Under the pieces are notes generated by a model, which worked only from the letters and a program-made list of their open reading frames with translations, ran no database searches and was not told the origin of the DNA. Shown one piece after another: positions 58,138-64,000 of a DNA stretch of 64,000 bases. Both the position numbers and the translations under genes were made by a program. Numbering within the stretch: position 1 is the first letter of the stretch; every line of letters starts with the position of its first letter. This DNA is from a virus (Duplodnaviria > Heunggongvirae > Uroviricota > Caudoviricetes). The DNA lies in IMG/VR virus record IMGVR_UViG_3300029305_011445; one strand, 5' to 3'.

Positions 58138-58149
58138 GCCATATTTATT
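58138..58149 (+). promoter_or_regulatory. consensus promoter motif
   Basis: GCCATATTTATT upstream of 58192. Confidence 0.55.
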
Positions 58150-58191
58150 TTGATTCAAAATCGATTTCAAAAGAAAAGGAGAAAAATAAGT

Positions 58192-58941
58192 ATGAAACAG
58201 AATTATATTGATATCGAATTTATTAAAAAATGGGTAAACATTAGTGAAGAAGAACTTATGAGGCGTCTTGTGAAAGATGCAGTTGCTTTGCAGAAAGAAG
58301 CTGAAGAAAACAAAGCAGCATTAGAAACACAGGAACGACTTAATGATCCAAAATATCCTGGTATCGTTCTTAAGTTCTGGAGACAGGTTCCATATTTGCG
58401 TCAGTATTTTACCGATGATGAGATTGTTGTAGTTGCTGCAAAACATCTTAGCATCAGAGATTTGACGCAGGAGCATTTTGTTCGCGGTTTTAGATGCAAA
58501 GAAGATATTGAGCATATCGAAAAACATGCGAATATGGAATTTTTACGTCATGAACGTAGACACAGATTTGAAGAATACAAAAGCGGTTGGAAACGTGAAG
58601 TCGAAGACGAAGCCGATGTATTCTTAATGGCAAGTCAGTATCAGAGTTGTCACGATGGTAATCCGGTACGAGAATTATTAGAATCAAAGCTTCCGTATCT
58701 GAAGAAATACACAACAGAAGTGCATTCTTTAAACAAAAATAATGATTGGATCTATATTAAATTAAATGACCACTCATTGTATTGTCCTGTATCAGCATTA
58801 TTTGCAAAAGATGCTGATAAGATTGTCTCGACGCATCTTAATTATTGGCATGGTTATGGCAGTGGCAAATATGATAAACGTGAACAGGCATTTATCGAAT
58901 CGGATACTGTAAAAGAGTTTTTAGCGGATGTAAAAGGATAA
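58192..58941 (+). CDS. hypothetical protein
   Basis: start moved to ATG 58192 (AAAGGAG RBS) downstream of promoter motif 58138-58149. Confidence 0.6.
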   Translation: MKQNYIDIEFIKKWVNISEEELMRRLVKDAVALQKEAEENKAALETQERLNDPKYPGIVLKFWRQVPYLRQYFTDDEIVVVAAKHLSIRDLTQEHFVRGFRCKEDIEHIEKHANMEFLRHERRHRFEEYKSGWKREVEDEADVFLMASQYQSCHDGNPVRELLESKLPYLKKYTTEVHSLNKNNDWIYIKLNDHSLYCPVSALFAKDADKIVSTHLNYWHGYGSGKYDKREQAFIESDTVKEFLADVKG

Positions 58942-58958
58942 ACCATAACAAGAAGAAG

Positions 58959-58991
58959 AGTCGGTACATTTATTGTACCGACTTTTTTTTA
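58959..58991 (+). terminator. rho-independent terminator
   Basis: AGTCGGTACATTTATTGTACCGACT + T8. Confidence 0.75.
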
Positions 58992-59000
58992 TTGCAACAA

Positions 59001-59012
59001 ACCATATTTATT
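59001..59012 (+). promoter_or_regulatory. consensus promoter motif
   Basis: exact copy upstream of 59050. Confidence 0.6.
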
Positions 59013-59049
59013 TTGAAACGATATATTAATTAACGAAAGGAGAAATACA

Positions 59050-59361
59050 ATGATCCAATGGAAACAATTAACAGTAGATTGGTCCACTTTCCCGATGCAA
59101 AGTGATATAACATCATTTGATCGTAAAGGAGAAGTTTATGTAACACTTACAAACGAATCATTTAAACATGATGATAAGTTATATCGTGTTTGTATTGTTG
59201 ATCACAGACGTTCCAAAACAAAAGAGTTCATTCGATGGAGTGAATCATTACATACGCTTCCATCAGAATATGGTCCATATGTTTACGCACGTGGCAGAAA
59301 AGTGTATGTTGGTGCATTATTGAAAAACGTAAGAGAAGGAGAACCAAACTATGAAAATTAA
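59050..59361 (+). CDS. hypothetical protein
   Basis: 103 aa; AAAGGAG RBS; promoter motif 59001-59012. Confidence 0.55.
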   Translation: MIQWKQLTVDWSTFPMQSDITSFDRKGEVYVTLTNESFKHDDKLYRVCIVDHRRSKTKEFIRWSESLHTLPSEYGPYVYARGRKVYVGALLKNVREGEPNYEN

Positions 59362-60262
59362 TGAACTTAACGGCTTATATGTAGCCTATTCATTATGGAG
59401 AGATTATCGTATCTTAATTTGCGCAAATGAAGAATTAGAAGCAAAAGCTGCTGCAGAAAGTTATGGTAACGACGTTTGTATCGAAGATTTTGTTGTTTCA
59501 ACACTTGATGAGGCATTAGAAGGTGTTGGTGGCGACATTAATAAGTTACGATTTGATTGTGACTACGTTGTTGTTCCAAGCGAAGATGATATCTTTAATG
59601 CTTTTGTTGAATCCACCGCATCATTAGTAAATGCTTCAAAGCTTACTGCCTCATCAAAATTTGTAATTTCTTTTGACGGTAGTTGCTATTTAGCAATCGT
59701 ATATGATTCTGATGCAGACAATCATGAAGAAGTAATATTGATGCGTGGTGACCATGATAATGTTGAAAAAGTTTGTAATACATTAGAAGAACGATTTGGC
59801 ATTTGTGATGACCCATTTTTTACATTCCGTCTCGAAGGTTCTATTCGATTCAACAAAACAATTCCGAAAGAACATTGTGCTCTTAGTATTGGTGGATTTG
59901 AGATGACAATGGCCGGCAAATCGGTACAGTTTGATTTCGAAGAATGGAAAGCAAATATCGATGAAGATGAGCCGAATTTGCTTCATTTTGAATGTAAAAA
60001 TCCAGATGAAGATACATTCGAGGATATTGCCTGTATCAACAAATTTATGTTATCAAAAGTGGAAGCAATCACAGAATTTTATGTAGAATCTACAGAACTT
60101 GATGAGAACAATCATGAACTTGGCGAACAGACTTTGTTACCAATTAACATTGAATCACTTAAATTTGTGTTACCATATGAAGATTTCAAATCAATTTCTG
60201 TATCAAAAGAAGTTGTAACAAAATTTGTTGAGTCAGAATGGAAGGATAATACCGATGAGTAA
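59351..60262 (+). CDS. hypothetical acidic protein
   Basis: 303 aa, overlaps upstream gene by 11 nt (operon). Confidence 0.55.
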   Translation: MKINELNGLYVAYSLWRDYRILICANEELEAKAAAESYGNDVCIEDFVVSTLDEALEGVGGDINKLRFDCDYVVVPSEDDIFNAFVESTASLVNASKLTASSKFVISFDGSCYLAIVYDSDADNHEEVILMRGDHDNVEKVCNTLEERFGICDDPFFTFRLEGSIRFNKTIPKEHCALSIGGFEMTMAGKSVQFDFEEWKANIDEDEPNLLHFECKNPDEDTFEDIACINKFMLSKVEAITEFYVESTELDENNHELGEQTLLPINIESLKFVLPYEDFKSISVSKEVVTKFVESEWKDNTDE

Positions 60263-60821
60263 AACATACCCGGAAAAATGTATAACATGTTCATATTTTG
60301 AACATTTTGCTTCATGTTACGCATGTTCCACATGCAAAGTGCTACAAAATTCTATTGTTAACGATATTAATGAAAGTGAATCAATATTGTTACAATTGAC
60401 ACCTGAATCGATTATAACAATGGAAGTACATGGCAAAACAAAAACATATCGTCCTATTAAAGATACCGATGATAGTTGGGACATGGATGTTGTAGGTGAA
60501 GAAAATGCGTCGTATGGACTTAGTTGCAAAAGCTTGAAAGAGCTAAAATATTTGCTACTTGCTGATTACGCAACAGAGATTATTACGAAAGTGACATCGT
60601 CTCATGTTATTAAGATTAAGTCAATGAAAGTAAAATGCATTGAGAATCAACATAACAATACCAACTTTACCGAAGGTAAAGAATACGAAGCGTCTACAGA
60701 AGGTATTCGTTGTGACTGGGGCGGTATGTGGACCAAATTTAAAGATTGGAACAAACCTAAAAGTTTCAATGTTGGTGACGTATTCGAATTTGCTATGTGT
60801 AAGTTCGAGGTTATCGCGTAA
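60255..60821 (+). CDS. hypothetical protein with Cys-rich N-terminus
   Basis: ATGA overlap with upstream stop; CITCSYFEHFASCYACSTC. Confidence 0.5.
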   Translation: MSKTYPEKCITCSYFEHFASCYACSTCKVLQNSIVNDINESESILLQLTPESIITMEVHGKTKTYRPIKDTDDSWDMDVVGEENASYGLSCKSLKELKYLLLADYATEIITKVTSSHVIKIKSMKVKCIENQHNNTNFTEGKEYEASTEGIRCDWGGMWTKFKDWNKPKSFNVGDVFEFAMCKFEVIA

Positions 60822-60872
60822 AGCAAAAGAAAAGAGTCGGTACATAATTATTGTATCAACTCTTTTCTTTGT

Positions 60873-61082
60873 TTATTTCATTAACTCATTTCGATTGTCA
60901 CTCGTAACAACAATCATTCCATTTTCTACTCTACCAGTGATTCGCCAGCCGCAATGTCTACACGTTCTTTCAAACGTATTATCTTCAACAATAAATTTGC
61001 TGCCATTGCCTACTGTATCATCACCGCAAACAGGACATATTGCTACAGTTTCTGTTATTTTTCCAATTGAACTCATATCCAT
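60873..61082 (-). CDS. small zinc-ribbon protein
   Basis: start trimmed to ATG 61082 (AAGGAG RBS) because promoter motif 61132-61143 lies within the longer track ORF; CPVCGDD...CRHCGW. Confidence 0.5.
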   Translation of the reverse strand: MDMSSIGKITETVAICPVCGDDTVGNGSKFIVEDNTFERTCRHCGWRITGRVENGMIVVTSDNRNELMK

Positions 61083-61131
61083 AATATTTATCTCCTTTTG
61101 ATTTGATTTAAGGTGTTTTTTTTCGTTGCAA

Positions 61132-61143
61132 TATAAATATGGT
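61132..61143 (-). promoter_or_regulatory. consensus promoter motif
   Basis: ACCATATTTATA upstream of 60873..61082. Confidence 0.55.
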
Positions 61144-61210
61144 ATATAAGGTTTAAAAAATAAGTAAAACATAGAAATGGGGCCAAAATTATTTGTTTGC
61201 CAAATGTTTA

Positions 61211-61222
61211 ACCATATTTATT
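61211..61222 (+). promoter_or_regulatory. consensus promoter motif
   Basis: exact copy upstream of 61255. Confidence 0.6.
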
Positions 61223-61254
61223 TGTAGAGATAAAATGAAAATATGGAGGCAATT

Positions 61255-62115
61255 ATGAATTTATTTGAAGGATTAGAGATGTTTGGTCTCAAAACAGAAG
61301 GGTCCAGTTTATTTGAAGACGATAAGAAAACTGAAACAAACGCAGACGGATCAAAAACAGCTGTTGAGAAAATTCCAACAGAGGATGAGTTTTTAATTGA
61401 AAAGAAAATAAAATGTCCTATTTGTGACAAAGAATTTAAGACACGTGCAATCAAGAATGGTAAATTAAGACGATTAGAATCAGATCCGGATCTTCGTCCA
61501 AGGTACCAGTATATTGATTCCATTAAATATGATATCTATTCATGTCCGCATTGTGGTTATACGGCAATGCCACGGTATTTTGACCATTTATCTTCGGTAC
61601 AAGCAAAACTGATTAAAGAAAAACTTTGCGCCAATTTCAAGGCAACAGAAGAAACTGTGCCGGAAACATATGATTACGATTATGCAATTGACCGATATAA
61701 GTTGGCATTATATGGCGCTGTTGCAAAGATGGGTAAGGCGAGTGAAAAGGCATATAACTGTTTAAAACTTGCATGGCTGTATCGTGGCAAAGCTGAAAGT
61801 TTAGATAAAACTGCTGCAGATTATGAAGCAACATTAAAAGCATGCAAAGACCAGGAAGAAATGTTTTATGGTCAAGCATATGAAGGTTTCATGAAAGCGG
61901 TATCAGCCGAAATGTTCCCAATGTGTGGTATGGATCAGAATACCATGGATTATTTATTAGCATACATGGCAGCACATTTTAAGCGATATGATGTTGCATC
62001 AAAGTGTATTGCAAACATTTTACAGTCATCATCAGCACAAAGTAAGACCAAAGAGCGTGCCAGAGATTTAAAGGAACAGATTGTAGCTGAGATTAAAAAG
62101 AGTAAGGAGCAATAA
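61255..62115 (+). CDS. zinc-ribbon plus helical-repeat protein (DUF2225-like)
   Basis: start at ATG 61255 (GGAGG RBS); CPICDKEF...CPHCGY; promoter motif 61211-61222. Confidence 0.55.
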   Translation: MNLFEGLEMFGLKTEGSSLFEDDKKTETNADGSKTAVEKIPTEDEFLIEKKIKCPICDKEFKTRAIKNGKLRRLESDPDLRPRYQYIDSIKYDIYSCPHCGYTAMPRYFDHLSSVQAKLIKEKLCANFKATEETVPETYDYDYAIDRYKLALYGAVAKMGKASEKAYNCLKLAWLYRGKAESLDKTAADYEATLKACKDQEEMFYGQAYEGFMKAVSAEMFPMCGMDQNTMDYLLAYMAAHFKRYDVASKCIANILQSSSAQSKTKERARDLKEQIVAEIKKSKEQ

Positions 62116-62117
62116 CA

Positions 62118-62588
62118 ATGGCAAAGAAATTTAGATACATTATGTGTGGCATGTTTTGTGGAACAGATGGTGAACAGTATGAGATTAACTTGCCGTCACA
62201 TTTGATGCATGATACAGAAGCAAAAGCAATGGTTGATGGAAATTTTGGTTATCGATTTGTATGGTTCGCCGGATCAAACGAACCCGAAATTATTGTCTAT
62301 GAAAGAGAGAATTTTGAAGTCATTGAAGATGGTGGCGGAAAACATTTGAAGCAGTGGGTTGAGGGAAATGTTGTTAAGATATATACTTTTGATGAGTTTA
62401 AAGCTGTAGGCGGATATATTCGTATGTTAAAACCGGAGCTTAAAGGATGTGGGTACATTGATGCTGAAACAGATTTTCTTGATACAAATAAAACGTTTCT
62501 GGATGTATTTTTAAATATGCAGAAGCAGAAATTGTATTATATTGATCATTTAGCATATTCGATTGAAACAATTGAAGATGAATTTTAA
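62118..62588 (+). CDS. hypothetical protein
   Basis: 156 aa, 3 nt after upstream gene; terminator 62604-62640. Confidence 0.55.
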   Translation: MAKKFRYIMCGMFCGTDGEQYEINLPSHLMHDTEAKAMVDGNFGYRFVWFAGSNEPEIIVYERENFEVIEDGGGKHLKQWVEGNVVKIYTFDEFKAVGGYIRMLKPELKGCGYIDAETDFLDTNKTFLDVFLNMQKQKLYYIDHLAYSIETIEDEF

Positions 62589-62800
62589 ATAATGCAAATA
62601 AAAAGAACCGGTGCGAGAGTGTACCGGTTCTTTGTTGTTTTGTTACGATTTGATTTATGGATATTGTATGTATCCTTTTTATAATGCTTATATCGCTTAT
62701 GTGTAACATTAGCGTTTTGATACATAATAATTGTTGCAGACATTCCACAATTCATAATTCGTGTTTCACCAATTCGTTCTTTTACTTTGTTTTTACCCAT
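62585..62800 (-). CDS. possible small basic protein (doubtful)
   Basis: 71 aa ORF preceded by variant motif AATTAAATATGGAC (62843-62858) but its 3' third runs through the terminator hairpin of the convergent gene. Confidence 0.25.
   Translation of the reverse strand: MGKNKVKERIGETRIMNCGMSATIIMYQNANVTHKRYKHYKKDTYNIHKSNRNKTTKNRYTLAPVLFICII
62604..62640 (+). terminator. rho-independent terminator
   Basis: AGAACCGGTGCGAGAGTGTACCGGTTCT + TTGTTGTTTTG. Confidence 0.7.
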
Positions 62801-62945
62801 TAGCTTAAATATTATCCTTATTCGATTACTTTTATTTGTTTCAAATTAAATATGGACATATGAAGGACAAAGCAATAGATTAAGATATCTGCTTTTATAG
62901 AATTACACAATAATAAAGGAGCCAAGGATTTCTTGGCTCCTAAAT

Positions 62946-63605
62946 TTACACTGCTTCAAATTCTTTCAATGAAGCTTTAAAACATTCCATTACTTTGGGA
63001 TTAAACACACCACAATTACCATTTAAAATCATTGAAACGGCTTTTTCACGTTCCACTGCACCACGATAGATCTTTTGGTTTACTAAAGCATCGTAAACAT
63101 CTGCAATGCCAACAATATGCGCCCAGATTGGAATCTTTTCTCCAATCAATCCTTCTGGGTATCCTTTTCCATCCCAGCGTTCATGATGATATTTACAAAT
63201 ATCAAAGCAATAACGATAGAATTCGTCTTCATATTGAACGAATCGGTCTAAAATTTCACAACCATACAAAGTATGTCTTTTAACTTCTGCAAATTCATCA
63301 CTAGTTAATTTTCCAGGTTTCATCAAAATCTCATCTGGTATCACAATTTTACCGATATCATGCAACGCTGATGCAGTAGTAATAAGTTTACAATCTGCCT
63401 CTGTAATGCCATATTCCGGATACAAATTCATAACCTTACGAATCATGATATTCGTATAAGCTTGAATTCTCTTTACATGTTCGCCAGATTCCAAATCACG
63501 GAATTCGCAAATAGAACTAAGGATAGCTACTAAAAAACTAATCGTATTATCTAGTTGTTCTTCCTGTGTAATGTCTGATATAACCGTGGCGCTCTGAAAC
63601 TTCAT
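62946..63605 (-). CDS. HD-GYP domain phosphodiesterase
   Basis: start trimmed to MKFQS (63605); LHDIGK, HHERWDGKGYP, DVYDAL. Confidence 0.8.
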   Translation of the reverse strand: MKFQSATVISDITQEEQLDNTISFLVAILSSICEFRDLESGEHVKRIQAYTNIMIRKVMNLYPEYGITEADCKLITTASALHDIGKIVIPDEILMKPGKLTSDEFAEVKRHTLYGCEILDRFVQYEDEFYRYCFDICKYHHERWDGKGYPEGLIGEKIPIWAHIVGIADVYDALVNQKIYRGAVEREKAVSMILNGNCGVFNPKVMECFKASLKEFEAV

Positions 63606-63811
63606 AATGTACGTTCCTTTTCCTTCTGATACATAAATAAAACTATAAACAGTCCAATAATAATGCAAATAGGCATCATCATATTAATGAGCAATGCCCA
63701 TGTCTCTGATAAAAACAGATCTAAAACGATAGCGATAATCTTACCTGATAAACCACCTGCAATAATTGCTAATACAATCCATTTAATCCAACGTTTTTCT
63801 ATACTATCCAT
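63602..63811 (-). CDS. small membrane protein (2 TM) translationally coupled to HD-GYP gene
   Basis: 69 aa hydrophobic; stop overlaps HD-GYP start by 4 nt. Confidence 0.5.
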   Translation of the reverse strand: MDSIEKRWIKWIVLAIIAGGLSGKIIAIVLDLFLSETWALLINMMMPICIIIGLFIVLFMYQKEKERTL

Positions 63812-63813
63812 TT

Positions 63814-64000
63814 TTATTCTCCTTTATCGATATCCTTTTTCATTTCCGGATCCGGAGTTCCTTCCTGGCTTGTATGAGTTGATTCCAAAACATCATCACG
63901 ATAATCTCGTAAATATTCCATTGAATAAGGAGTGAGATTCATAGTTTGAGCTTTGTACGTAAATGGTTGTCCACATTCATCGCATGCAGCAGTTAAATCA
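63814..64000 (-). CDS. 3' end of a gene running off the window end (zinc-ribbon-containing C-terminus)
   Basis: open frame from window end to TAA at 63814-63816: ...LTAACDECGQPFTYKAQTMNLTPYSMEYLRDYRDDVLESTHTSQEGTPDPEMKKDIDKGE. Confidence 0.4.
   Translation of the reverse strand, partial: DLTAACDECGQPFTYKAQTMNLTPYSMEYLRDYRDDVLESTHTSQEGTPDPEMKKDIDKGE

Noticed and set aside
62585-62800. Confident call of the 71-aa basic ORF
   Set aside because: Its 3' third reads through the terminator hairpin of the convergent gene; kept only as a low-confidence feature.
1-64000. Integron-like cassette array, with the conserved element as an attC-type recombination site
   Set aside because: The element always points with the downstream gene on both strands, lies between terminator and RBS, and is only 12 nt rather than a 60-140-bp imperfect palindrome. 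No integrase was seen in the window. A promoter or operator interpretation fits better.
1-64000. Prophage call
   Set aside because: No terminase, portal, capsid, tail, holin or integrase recognised; parAB, relaxase and iterons point to a plasmid-type element, though a phage-plasmid cannot be excluded from this window alone.

Overview
This is a ~64 kb AT-rich region (roughly one-third G+C by eye) that is entirely accessory or mobile-element-like and has a low-GC Firmicutes/Clostridia-like gene style with AGGAGG-type RBSs. No rRNA, tRNA, CRISPR array or phage structural genes (terminase, portal, capsid, tail) were recognised.

Gene content:
- Segregation and transfer: a ParA/ParB partition pair, a MobV/Pre-family relaxase, and an ORF-free iteron-rich ori-like module.
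- Regulation and sensing: two sigma-70-family sigma factors (one FliA-like), three methyl-accepting chemotaxis proteins, XRE-type HTH regulators.
- Envelope: many lipoproteins and membrane proteins, signal peptidase I, a SleB-like cell-wall hydrolase, an HD-GYP phosphodiesterase, and two SPFH proteins.
- Nucleic-acid processing (roughly 8.9-24.2 kb): a bona fide PARP homolog (WGR plus H-Y-E catalytic domain), a Pnkp-like kinase-phosphatase-ligase, a PIN-PhoH2 protein, a UvrD-like helicase lacking the P-loop, a Zn-ribbon-repeat PD-(D/E)xK nuclease, a RecJ-like DHH protein and a RecU-like nuclease.

The most striking feature is transcriptional architecture. At least ~36 near-identical copies (plus ~5 variants) of a 12-nt motif, 5'-(A/C)CCATATTTAT(T)-3', with an invariant CCATATTTAT core, were found by eye. 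Each sits in gene orientation ~18-60 nt upstream of a start codon on either strand, usually directly downstream of the preceding gene's rho-independent terminator, so most genes are insulated monocistronic or short-operon units. One of the two sigma genes carries the exact motif and the FliA-like one carries a GG-to-GT variant. I read this as an element-specific promoter system, either a dedicated sigma/RNAP specificity or a global operator.

Other notable structures:
- A 1.4 kb ORF-free module (49.8-51.3 kb) bounded by ~33-bp inverted repeats, containing ~13 iterons and a 4x tandem 17-mer, next to the relaxase.
- A 0.6 kb tandem-repeat region rich in TGTAACA heptads.
- A candidate sRNA.
- Several promoter- and terminator-bracketed micro-ORFs.

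All coordinates and translations were derived by hand from the sequence, so small offsets are possible. Family assignments rest on recognised sequence motifs, not database searches.
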